From positions 648,156-680,155 of the forward strand of contig NW_008806275.1 of NCBI RefSeq assembly GCF_000400465.1: 32,000 nucleotides of DNA, in the 5' to 3' direction. This DNA is from Wallemia ichthyophaga EXF-994 (lineage: Eukaryota; Fungi; Basidiomycota). Below the pieces are notes generated by a model. It was not told where the DNA came from. It searched no databases and saw only the letters and a program-made list of their open reading frames with translations. Made by a program: the position numbers and the translations under genes. This document shows positions 1 through 11,402 of the stretch, one piece after another (position 1 is the first letter of the stretch; each line of letters opens with the position of its first letter).

Positions 1-113
1 TGCGCCTGCCAATTGGCTCGGACTCTGTCAAATTCACACTCGACAAGTTCAAGAGAGAGTCTGAAATGTACGAGGCATGGAGATCATTTGCGGCGGAGGC
101 CGACACTAAGTAA
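1..113 (+). CDS. 3' end of a short-chain dehydrogenase/reductase paralog (gene starts left of the window)
   Basis: The frame from nt 3 reads RLPIGSDSVKFTLDKFKRESEMYEAWRSFAAEADTK*, colinear with the C-terminus of the SDR at 2193-3044 (RLPIGSDAAKYMLDKFKRESEVCEAWKPYAAEADAQ*). TAA at 111-113. Confidence 0.9.
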   Translation, partial: RLPIGSDSVKFTLDKFKRESEMYEAWRSFAAEADTK

Positions 114-745
114 AGGGTGGAACAGGTTGAGCTTGTACATAATGAGCTAAATGTATGAAGATTTTAATGATTATAAAAGTAATTGGTTGTATGTTAGAGC
201 TGACTGAGCGTGTGTGGCCTGTAATAACGAAACAGTACCGCAAATGCACAAGTAAATTATGTTATATCTGCACATCTTCCACGCAATTCCGAGCTTATTT
301 CTGAGCCGCACCTTATTCAAAGTCCACAAATTATAGATAAGGCAATTTTTTGGCCCGTCTTTGATCAAAGATGGAATTTTGCGTAGCATGGAATGTTACA
401 GACATACCGGCGGGGTTTTGGAAGAAATTAAACCTCGTTCAACTCATATTTCACAACTCCTACGCAATATACGTGGGTGCAGTGAACTCGAAATGACATA
501 TTGGCATTTATGCAAGGAACTTTATACCTGAGGTACTTATTCACAGGCGAAATTAAAATAAGTAAAGTTGAATAACATTACAATAACATCAACATCGTTA
601 ATTGCAGTGAATTCATTTAGCTCCTGTCTTATTATTTAGGCTAGGGTCGAAATAATTCTGCTTGTACCTAAGTCTAACCTTATGAATTGATATTTGGTTA
701 CAATATCATCTCTGAGATTTCTCGTTAATATCATCGGTATCACAA

Positions 746-1020
746 ATTTCCAAAAAAAAAGTCTGTTTGATTACAGGCACTTCTTCTGGATTCGGCAGAG
801 AACTAGTTTTGGATCTCGCAAGCCGCGGTCAAAAAGTGATCGCTACTGCATTGTCCACCGACTTGATTGAGAATTTCACCAAACTCGATAATGCCAAGAC
901 CCAGAAAGTTGATGAGATAGACTCGCCAGCCAATCTCCAGCAGAAGGTAGAGGAAGCCATTACATTCTTCGACATTGACGTCCCCATGAACAACGCTGGA
1001 TTCTCTCAAACTACATCTTG
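746..1020 (+). pseudogene. Decayed SDR paralog (N-terminal Rossmann part recognisable; possible remnants to ~1490)
   Basis: ISKKKVCLITGTSSGFGRELVLDLASRGQKVIATA...DIDVPMNNAGFSQT aligns to MSTKVFYITGTSSGFGRDLVLDLNQRGHKVIATA...KIDALVNNAGYSQT. The start context caaATGtc of the intact copy reads caaATTtc here (746-748). Homology breaks down after ~1020 and no YxxxK is recognisable. An LVIG-(+1)-SDA remnant near 1340-1360 resembles LPIGSDA. Confidence 0.8.
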
Positions 1021-2192
1021 CATCGCGTTCTTCACATATCGAATTCACTGCTTCGTTAGTTGTCTCACCTTTAGCGACGTTTCCTTCCACGATCAGGCAA
1101 TCGATACGCATTTCTTAAGACATTGGCTTCAGTCCTTTATATATGCCAAAGCGTGTTTCTGGCAGCTCCAAAGGCTGTCTAAAAAAGTTTTCTGTTCAGA
1201 GCGCCTGAAGACGACTGAGGCTGTAAGTGCGGCGAGTAGGGACAGCAACAGATACTAGCCTACTAAAAATTATAATTTAATGCCCTATTGAGTTTTCCGG
1301 TAAAAGCTTCTCCGCGTAATCTGAGTGAAGTCATTTGCATTTTGGTCATCGGAAAGCGATGCATGAGAGAGGGATGTATTGTTAGCTGTTGTAGTAACCG
1401 GAAAACATTTCCCGTCAGCTTATACTTTCCAAAGCGCAGCTCAACAAGCATGAAGGCTCAGGTGCGAAGAGGCAGATGTCGATGCAAATGATGTCAAGGG
1501 GTCTAAAATTCGGGCTTGAACGACATTCAAAGCTGGAAAATGTGCATTGATTTTGGCAGTATTATGCGCGTGGGTGTTAATGCATGTTCAAATTTTACGT
1601 ATGTGCTCCCGGTACTACCTGCTAAGCTCGAGGTGAAATTTTGCATTTGAGGAGCCCAAAGGCAGCGCCAACAGACCTTAATTGGAATTTAAGCGGAGCA
1701 TGTCATTCCACTAGAATTTAAACTTTAAATTATGTGCGGTGTTTCCGATCAAACTAACGACAATCTCCTCCATTTCCCGTCACCTTTCGCATCAGGAAGT
1801 TGAACAAACAACTTGTCTTTTGATGCAACGCGAAGCGGTAGATTGAGAATATATATGCCAATCAATGCTTTAGATATGTGGACTTGGCAGAGTGAAGTTT
1901 GCATCAGTATTCGCTTCTTTATAATCAGATTTGCGGTGAATGGGGATGAGTAAGTTGTGTGGATATCCACGCTCGGATATGAAAATTGATATTGGAATTT
2001 GTTTCAGCTGGCGAGAGTTGGTATCGCGAAGGATAATTGGACGTTTCACCAATATACATGTTGATAGAATTAGAAGCTTACATGCAAACGCGGTACTACT
2101 TTGACAATTTGTAACACAGATCCACACGTGTCTTTCTATGCAAGTGAAAGTGAAGTCCGTGGCTCACTTAATATCCGTCATCATCGCTGCAA

Positions 2193-3044
2193 ATGTCGAC
2201 AAAAGTATTTTATATCACAGGCACCTCTTCTGGATTCGGGAGAGACTTGGTATTGGATTTGAATCAACGTGGCCACAAAGTCATCGCCACCGCGAGATCT
2301 CTTCACAAGATTGAAGATCTCGCCAAACTTGACAACGTCAAGATACAGCAGCTCGACGTTACAGATAAGCCAGCAATTCTCCAGCAGAAGATCGACGAAG
2401 CCATCACATTCTTTGGCAAGATCGACGCACTCGTCAACAACGCCGGCTATTCACAGACCGGTTGCTTCGAAGAGCTCACTGATGCTGAGATCAGGAAGGT
2501 GTACGACACCAACGTCTTCGGAACTGTCAACTTGACTAAGGCCATACTACCACACTTCAGGTCCACGGAGACGGAGAGCACGATCTGCACCATCACCTCG
2601 CTGGGCGGAACTGTGTCATTTCCTGTGTGCTCCGCGTACACATCCAGCAAATTCGCTCTTGAAGGCTTTTTTGAGGCGTTGGATGGCGAGTTGAAAATGT
2701 CACAGCAGCCAGTCAAGGTCCTTATAGTGGCCCCGGGGGCATTCAGGACTGAATTCATGGGCAACATCCAGAAGTCTAAGGAAGACATCGACGCGTACAA
2801 GCCCGTGAAGGATTACATTGATACGTCGTTCAAGCAGTTTTCAGTCACCGGGGGTGTCCCTAAGATCGGCGCCAAGTTGATGGCGGATGCGATGCTGAAG
2901 GAAGGCTCTGCGGAGGGCAAGGAGATTCCGCTGCGCCTGCCCATCGGCTCGGACGCGGCCAAGTACATGCTCGACAAGTTCAAGAGGGAGTCTGAGGTGT
3001 GCGAGGCGTGGAAGCCATACGCGGCAGAGGCGGACGCGCAGTGA
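2193..3044 (+). CDS. Classical short-chain dehydrogenase/reductase, 283 aa, intronless
   Basis: TGTSSGFG cofactor motif, NNAG, catalytic S and YTSSK (YxxxK), VAPGAFRT. Confidence 0.95.
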   Translation: MSTKVFYITGTSSGFGRDLVLDLNQRGHKVIATARSLHKIEDLAKLDNVKIQQLDVTDKPAILQQKIDEAITFFGKIDALVNNAGYSQTGCFEELTDAEIRKVYDTNVFGTVNLTKAILPHFRSTETESTICTITSLGGTVSFPVCSAYTSSKFALEGFFEALDGELKMSQQPVKVLIVAPGAFRTEFMGNIQKSKEDIDAYKPVKDYIDTSFKQFSVTGGVPKIGAKLMADAMLKEGSAEGKEIPLRLPIGSDAAKYMLDKFKRESEVCEAWKPYAAEADAQ

Positions 3045-3142
3045 GACGTGTACACTTATGATTTATATGCACAAAAATTAAAGAAAAACGACTTTCACGC
3101 GCCCCGAATGCAAAAACATTTCTAGGAGGAAGATAAAAGATT

Positions 3143-3230
3143 TGACAGGAGAGGGATTCGAACCCTCGCTCTTTCGAACACGGATGCTGTCGCCTTAACC
3201 GTGCGCCTTAGACCACTCGGCCATCCTGCC
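3143..3230 (-). tRNA. tRNA-Leu(AAG) with an 8-nt intron (3185-3192)
   Basis: Minus strand: acceptor GGCAGGA/TCCTGTC plus discriminator A; D arm GCCGAGTGGTCTAAGGC; anticodon stem CACGG/CCGTG with TT-AAG-G, intron CGACAGCA, then T; variable arm TTC-GAAA-GAG; T arm GAGGG-TTCGAAT-CCCTC; a T4 tract lies just downstream. Confidence 0.93.
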
Positions 3231-3314
3231 TATCCTGAAATAAAACCTTTGCCACATTATAAACCGTTATTGGAGCGGGAGGTTCTGGCAAAGCAGATGT
3301 GAGGCAGCGCGGCG

Positions 3315-3483
3315 CCCATTTACGAGTTTTTTTTTAAAACAGCAATTACGACGCTAGTCAAGAAACGCTCCCAGTAAATTCAGCACTCTCTTTGACTTCT
3401 CATGCTCTAAGAAGTATTGATGGACACAGTTTAAACATTTATCGTTTTAACAATATATTTAGATTTCATCATCATCATCATCA
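3315..3483 (+). mobile_element. Very short 5'-truncated or non-autonomous non-LTR retrotransposon copy with (TCA)6 tail and target-site duplication
   Basis: 3415-3482 is 63/68 identical to the 3' end of the LINE remnant (7394->7327). It is flanked by the direct repeats AGGCAGCGCGGCG (3302-3314) and AGGCGGCGCGGCG (3483-3495). 3321-3396 shows patchy similarity to the LINE ORF2 end and 3' UTR. Confidence 0.75.
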
Positions 3484-3969
3484 GGCGGCGCGGCGGAAGC
3501 GTATGTGCATTTGTGCAGGCGGTTGGGCGTTTCCCCTTGGGCGACTGTTTGCATCCGCGAGCACTTTTTTGGGCGGGCTTGACTCCCGCTGCGTCGCGAA
3601 GGGAGCGGAGTGCAGTACTGTACGCGGGAATGCGCGTTCGATTAGGGTGCGAAAATGTGTTTTCTTATGCTATGGCGTCATAGCGCCCCTCCCTCTGTAC
3701 CTTCACATCATACTTTCGAATCAGAGGTTCGTGCAGAGAAGCCTTGAATATACCTTGAATTAGAATATTACTACTACTACTCAACAATGTATAGTTAATT
3801 TTACTACCAACACTATTTTATTTTGAGGCACCGCTAAGGAGAGTCCGACGCGCTCTGCTTCTGAAGCGCTTTATTAGCACTCAAGCGTATCACAACACAC
3901 AACACACAGTACGCACAACTGGTCGTAAACGTAAATGTATCGTGCGTCGCGTAATCTATAAGCACAGCT

Positions 3970-4889
3970 CTAGTTGATGAGCGAGACTGTGAATATGCTC
4001 ATGTACCCAGTTACTGGAGGAGTGGTTAGTAAAGTAGCGCCAGTACCATCACACTCACATAGCCCGGTGAGCTTCTCGACCGGAGTATGGAAGTACATGC
4101 AAGTGACGAGCAGCATCCAGATCCACAGCACGAGCAGCGCAACTGAGGAATAGACGGCCACTCTGTGTACTGCACTGGCGCCCTTCTGCAGAGGAGCCTT
4201 CTCGTTTCTAGCAGAGGCAGAAATAGAATCCGCACCGCTAAAGTGGGCAAAGCACGGCTTGAGAGTGAGGTAGATGATGTAAGCAGAGAGCATGAGGAGG
4301 AAAGTGTGCCCAGAGACGTCATGTCCACCAACCCACTTCGCCGATGTGGGTGATGTGGTTGTTGTGGACGCAGATGCAGGAAGCAGCTGGGGATAGCACT
4401 CGAGGTGGTTGACAGGGACAAGGAGGGGAGTTGCTGGAGTGCCACCCTCGATACCGGCATTGATGTCTTCGATGACGCACTGTGCGCCTGTCATCAGCCA
4501 CAAACGGTGGAGGAGACCGTCACCGAAGAACCAAGTTGTGCTGTAAAGTGTGAGTAAGTGTACCATACAAAGCAGACAACGCACAACAAGAACCACGAGC
4601 TGGTGGCTGCTACCCAGCGCAAACCACTAACAACGCGCCAACGCTGACTCGTGCTGCGATCGTCGTTGGGCGCTGTGAGTACCAAAGAGAGAATAGAAAC
4701 GCTCGTCCATCCCCACGCCTTCTTGACGAAGAGCTTGTTGAAGACGTTCTTCCTTGCAGCAAAGTAGGCACCAGATTTGGCGAGAGAGCCGGCAGAGCTA
4801 GTATCCTGGAACGTGTCGTAGTAGACGCTGTAAACAGTGCCTAGAAGTACAACTGCCGTGAGTAGAGATATGAAAAGAAGACTAGACAT
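3970..4889 (-). CDS. SCS3: FIT family protein (Scs3/FIT2-like fatty acyl-CoA diphosphatase), ~276 aa; exons 4889-4585, 4540-4059, 4013-3970
   Basis: The spliced frame is continuous. Motifs: KNVFNKLFVKKAWGWT, FTTWFFG, GHDVSGHTFLL and YFHTPVEKLTG (both conserved His). Introns of 44 and 45 nt. Confidence 0.88.
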
Positions 4890-5203
4890 GGTCGTACGTG
4901 TGGAAGAACGACGGCGTGCGGGAGTGTTTATGAGAAATCTAGCGCCGATGATACCATTCATCGCTGTCATCAATGCCTTTGATTGGACGCGTCGGTTGTA
5001 TTACAATGCATGAGCTGTATGGAGATGGCAGTGCGGAGTATTCAGAAGATGCGATGACGCCTCTAAGCCTCTAAACCTTTATGCTTCTACTCGGGATCTG
5101 CAGCTGAATTTTCATTTTTACGATATTGAGCACATCAGCGTTATTTCTCGCTTAGGTCATCTCAGCGCAGTGCTTCTTCCACTGCAACCAACACGACAAG
5201 AAA

Positions 5204-6982
<1,779 letters not shown>

Positions 6983-7326
6983 GGTGGTTTTTATAGACAA
7001 TTTTAGATGTATTACATGCAAGCAGCTTTTCATGTTATTGAATGACTGGAATTGGGTTGCTAAAATCAAGCATTCCTTCGTTGAATGAGTATTCCTTTTT
7101 GAGTGGGCGGTATTAGCGGGATTTACATTGGCATTAGTGGGATTTACTTACCAATCATGAAGGTCTCTACTCACAGAACTTGCAAATCACTCAACCTTCT
7201 TTATCAATGGCTGCCCCACCGTCTATTGCCGGTCCGCCGCCAGCTGAATCTGCCGAGTTTGCCTCTGAAAGTCCAGTTAGCGTCACGCCTAGCGATTCCG
7301 CGTGATTCCATCTCTTGCTATCGATC

Positions 7327-8280
7327 GATGATGATGATGATGAAAACTAAATATATTGTTAAGACGATACATGGTTAAACTGCGTCCATCAATAGATAGA
7401 TAGAAAGAAATCATCATATATAGTCAAGAGTGTTACAGCGATTAATAATCTTCGCCTATCTATACTTCTTGTGCATTGATAGATGACGATTGTAGTGACT
7501 CAAAGGGATGCGGTTCTTGGCACGTTTGCCGTAAATTGGGAGGTAACTACGTGAAGCTACCGGAAGCGCGCGGGTGGGTGCTGAACTGGTTTTTGAAGAA
7601 CTCATAGAGAGATTTGAGAGCTTCTTTATTTGAAATCATGTATTTCATCTCTAATCTTAACCCAATCCATATATCCTCCTCCTCAACGATAATCTTGCTT
7701 GATCGAACTTGCTACATCTGAAAATCCTGTGTGTGATACAGTCTACTTCATTGCACTTGCTGCAAAGTGGTGAGTCAGACAATTTGAATCGGAATCGGTA
7801 AGACTTGGCAGTAGGGAATTGGCCTGAGGGGATCTATGTGGCCACACTTCGCGTACCACGGGGAAGCTTGTTGAGCATCCTGGCCGCCTGTGTGAAAGTC
7901 ATTCTACCCATTGCTCTCTCTGCATCTTTCGACAATGGTCCTGGAAAACTACGTGCATCTACTCTCAAGAGAGCAGTGTGTCGCTACGGAATGCGGAGAG
8001 AGCCGGCTTGAGAATGAAGTCAACAGAGTTCCTGTTTTCGCCGGTATCTTTTTTTCCTTCATGGGCTTCTTGATCGGCAAGTTCGTTGCCTTCCACATTC
8101 ATGTGACCCGGGATCCACATCAGGTACGTAATTCAACCGTATAGCCGTTGAGCTTGTTCAACAACAAGATAATTCTACTGATAATGTACTGTGAGGCTTT
8201 GGACGTCTGTGAGTGCACGATTGCTGCTAAGACCGCCTGGCTGTCTGTGTATCAGAATAGACGGTAAAATTGCAGAGGTG
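7327..8280 (-). mobile_element. Degenerate 3' part of a non-LTR retrotransposon (RNase H + CCHC, Tad1/I-group-like ORF2 end, 3' UTR, (TCA)5 tail); the 5' edge is uncertain and may reach ~8400
   Basis: Minus-strand frames give FTVYSDTQTA, QYIISRII, WIPGHMNVEGNELADQEA (WIPGH at 8117-8103), SPLCSKCNEVDCITHRIFRC (C-X2-C-X7-H-X4-C, 7764-7714) and ISNKEALKSLYEFF, with a stop at 7549-7547. Several stops and frameshifts interrupt these. Confidence 0.88.
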
Positions 8281-8622
8281 AAACTTTTGTACCAGTAAGT
8301 TTTTATACTACCCATACACGTATGCAGCAATATTATAAGTCAGGTGGTTCCGATATCTCAGGCTGGGAGGTAGTATTGCATGGCTTTTTATATGAATGTG
8401 TTTTTATGTATATATCGGTTAAGAAAGATAAAGGATTACAAATTCTGTGCTGGCGAGCGCGGAATCGCCGGAGCAAATATTCAAAGGTGGGGAGAGGAGA
8501 GTAGGTGAGGTGAAGTCAGGTGAGTAGGGGGAGGGTCAGTATTTGAGTTGTATGCTTTGCTATTGGGACAAGACGGCTTGCTAAGATTATTAATAGATTT
8601 GCTCTGGACAGCAAATATCAGA

Positions 8623-8696
8623 TCTCCGATGGCGCAATTGGCTAGCGCGTCCGACTGTTAATCGGGAGGTTGGTGGTTCGAGCCCACCTCGGAGAG
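8623..8696 (+). tRNA. tRNA-Asn(GTT), no intron
   Basis: Acceptor TCTCCGA/TCGGAGA plus G; D arm GCGC-AATTGGCTA-GCGC; anticodon stem TCCGA/TCGGG with loop CT-GTT-AA (GTT 8657-8659); T arm GGTGG-TTCGAGC-CCACC; T5 at 8701-8705. Confidence 0.97.
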
Positions 8697-8990
8697 TATA
8701 TTTTTGCGCGCACTTTTTGATTCGGAGATGCTTCAAGTATTGATCAGATTCGCCTTGACTTAGGACTTTTTCATTGAATTGAATCTACTGTCGTAAAAAA
8801 AAACTAATAATTTTTGCCATCGACATTGTCTGTCTGACATATCGATTATGAGAGACAGGAATGCAAGTATCGCACATATAAGTCCAAAAGAACTCTCAAA
8901 TACCATAAGACACACCCAGATTACACAACTTGATGAACATTTCATCATTGAACCTAGACTTTCATCAGCAAGATAACAAATTTTTGATGG

Positions 8991-9729
8991 ATGGTTTCGT
9001 CGTTTAATTATCATTACAGTGGGTTTGCTGTGCCACTCTAGGATCCCTGTTAACAAATTGTCTCTAGACTTCGGCTATCCGTGGCAACATGTGAGTCTGA
9101 CGATCTTCACTCAAGCATCGCTGAAGGGAGTGGCTGCGTAGGTAACTTCAGCACTATGGAGAAAATACCCAAATCCAAACTCATCTCACGTGAAAAGTGT
9201 GGACGTACTCAGTCGATCGATAGATGCGAAGACTGGTGATGTGACCACTGAGAGACTAATCGGTGTTGAGCAAGCGGCGCCACTTTGGGCGATCAAGGTT
9301 GGTTTCCTTGGTTTTTTGATAGCCAAGAAACCAAAATAACACGATAAACAGCTCTTCAACTGCAGTTCAACGGCATTCGTGATAGAGAGGCTAACGGTGT
9401 CACCTCAACTACAACGAACAACGGCTAGATCGGTTAATCTCTCGCTTAGTGACTATCTGAAGTGCGATGAGACTATCACATATACTCCTCATCCATCAAA
9501 TCCCGCACTCGCAACGCTCTTCTCCCAGACAGCTCAATTTACTTCAGCTGGCACACTGGGGTGGAAAATGGCAGAGAAGAAGCTTGAAGAGCATAGTGTG
9601 AGGCGGTTTAGTGAGAATGCAGGACGAGGGCGTGAAGGTGAGTGGTAATTGGGTTTGAAATTGCGGTAAGCAGCAGGCTAACAAAGCGTAGGATTCGAGT
9701 TTATACTTAGAAATTACAACAAGATATAG
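8991..9729 (+). CDS. PRELI/MSF1-domain mitochondrial lipid transfer protein (Ups2/Ups1 family); exons 8991-9018, 9068-9090, 9142-9297, 9352-9637, 9692-9729
   Basis: The spliced product reads MVSSFNYHYNFGYPWQHVTSALWRKYPNPNSSHVKSVDVLSR...TTERLIGVEQAAPLW...ETITYTPHP...FSENAGRGREGFEFIL. All four intron phases are consistent. Confidence 0.88.
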
Positions 9730-9812
9730 AATTATATTACGCGCGCTACTACCAGGACACTGCACAGCCACTAGTACTAGTCTAACACTTACCACCACAC
9801 CAGCCATTCAGT

Positions 9813-10294
9813 TCATTCATCGTCAATCAAAGCATCTTGTACACCGCGGCCATTTGGCACTAGAAATCCAATTAGACATTCATCCAGCATGTAATCTATG
9901 TTGACCCATGCGTGTGTTTTCACTGAGAGCGCCGTCAGCCTGTCTCAAACCACCTGAGGCACCACCTACTGAACAAATCCGTGCCATCCTTACCAGCGAT
10001 CCGGAGGACCTCTTTATCGCCACCTGGGTGGAATGGCAAATATCGCGTCACATTATACACTTTACCGCTAAAGCTACACCAGATTTCATCATCAACACTA
10101 TCTGGTTTACGACGGTGCAAGGACATCATTTTAGGTGAAATGGGTACTGGACAATTCCAATCAACCTGTCTAAGATCTTCTGAGGATGATTTCAATTTTG
10201 CCCAATCTAAAGGGCCGAAACCGGGCTGTAGGGCGACTTTCTGAGCGGGTTTCTGGGTATTTCTGGTGGTTGTTGGCGGTGGCATCAAGCTCAT
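9813..10294 (-). CDS. Cytochrome b5-like heme-binding domain protein (Irc21 / CYB5R4 N-terminus-like), 144 aa; exons 10294-9970, 9922-9813
   Basis: KVALQPGFGPLDWAKL, GKVYNVTRYLPFHPGG, AGKDGTDLF then MKTHAWVN (both heme-ligand His). Confidence 0.9.
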
Positions 10295-10390
10295 GATGAA
10301 GCAGAGTAATTTTACTTATCACTTGAGATAGTGAGTGTCAAACTCAGACCAATTCTCTTCAAATTCGACAACGAAAGCTAGCGATTGAAA

Positions 10391-11268
10391 ATGGACGACT
10401 GGGGTGTGTACGAGGAATTAGCAGACGCTCATGTCTAATCACATCGTCCAGACGCATCCTCATCCGACGAACAACCACAGCAAGCACCACAGCCAGTCGC
10501 TGCAGCTGCACCTGCTCGCAAGGGGAAGTTTGATGACGAAGACGAAGAAGACAAAGTAGAGGTGAGTTGTAGGCGCTAACGTTTACTTAAACAAACTCAC
10601 ACTAATTTCAGGACAGCTGGGACGCACCTTCAGAGGATGAGAAGGACGAGAAGAAATCAGCACCTCCAAAGAAGCCAGCCGCAACAGCAGCACCACCAAA
10701 GAAAAAAGGCACACTAAAGGCAAAGCTGGCACAAAAGGAAGACGAGCGCAAGCAAAGAATGGAGAAGCAGGGTGAGATTGACGATGGCGATGCTATCGAT
10801 TGGTTGGAGAAGCAGAGAATCGAAAGACAGCAAGCCAAAGAAAAGGAAATCGAGAGCGATCTTGCTAACGCAGCAGATCTCTTCGCCGGAATGAACGTCT
10901 CTCCGTCTACGACTCAAACGCTTAAGAAGAAGCCAACCAAGTTACCTGAATTCCAACAGCTGGCTGCTGCCGTACAGGAAGTATACTTTGCTCCATATGT
11001 CACCAACCCACAATACTCTCAATTCGTTACAACGCTCGTTAAGAACCTCGCAGACACACTCAAGGAAAACGAGATAAAGGGTATGGCTAGCAGACTCAAC
11101 ACACAAGCTGCAGAGAAGGCTCGCGCTAACAAGGCAGCTGCTGCCAAGAACAAGAAAACCAAACCAAGTCTTGGTGGTGGTCACACAACCACTGGTACTA
11201 GACTTGACACTAACATTTACGATGAGGCGCTAGATGATGGTGATGATGACGATTTGGAGTTCATGTAG
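10391..11268 (+). CDS. HCR1: Translation initiation factor eIF3 subunit J; exons 10391-10403, 10452-10561, 10612-11268
   Basis: MDDWD start, KFDDEDEE, DSWD, SDLANAADLF and acidic C-terminus DDDDLEFM; intron phases are consistent. Confidence 0.88.
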
Positions 11269-11402
11269 ATGTATATATTTAGAATTTGCGGCATTTGAAT
11301 TTGAATGAGTGTGTTATGTCTATAATAAATTAGAAATGGAAATAGCGATTGAGATTGAGTATGAGAGAAATGAGTTTGTCAAAAAAAACATTGAAAATTG
11401 TT

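Noticed and set aside
1876-2104. Possible small spliced ORF (GTAAGT...TTTCAG intron near 1950-2007) and the palindrome GTGGATATCCAC at 1959-1970
   Set aside because: The ~56-aa product has no recognisable features, and a single 12-bp palindrome in 32 kb is unremarkable.
3143-3483. tRNA-Leu plus LINE tail read as a tRNA-derived SINE
   Set aside because: The tRNA is antisense to the tail, lies outside the TSD, and is an intact intron-containing gene with its own terminator.
3641-3648. ACCCTAA on the minus strand as a telomerase RNA template
   Set aside because: Only 7 nt, shorter than the ~1.5 repeats expected, with no supporting pseudoknot or CR4/5 features.
3392-3763. 123-aa ORF with a poly-His stretch
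   Set aside because: The His run is the (TCA)n retrotransposon tail, the ORF starts at TTG, and there are no protein motifs.
8557-8583. 7-nt matches (TTGCTAT, CTTGCTA) to the LINE 3' flank at 7314-7321 as a TSD 40-66 bp from tRNA-Asn
   Set aside because: They would fit the targeting idea, but they are too short, not flush with the tail, and two alternatives exist; chance cannot be excluded.
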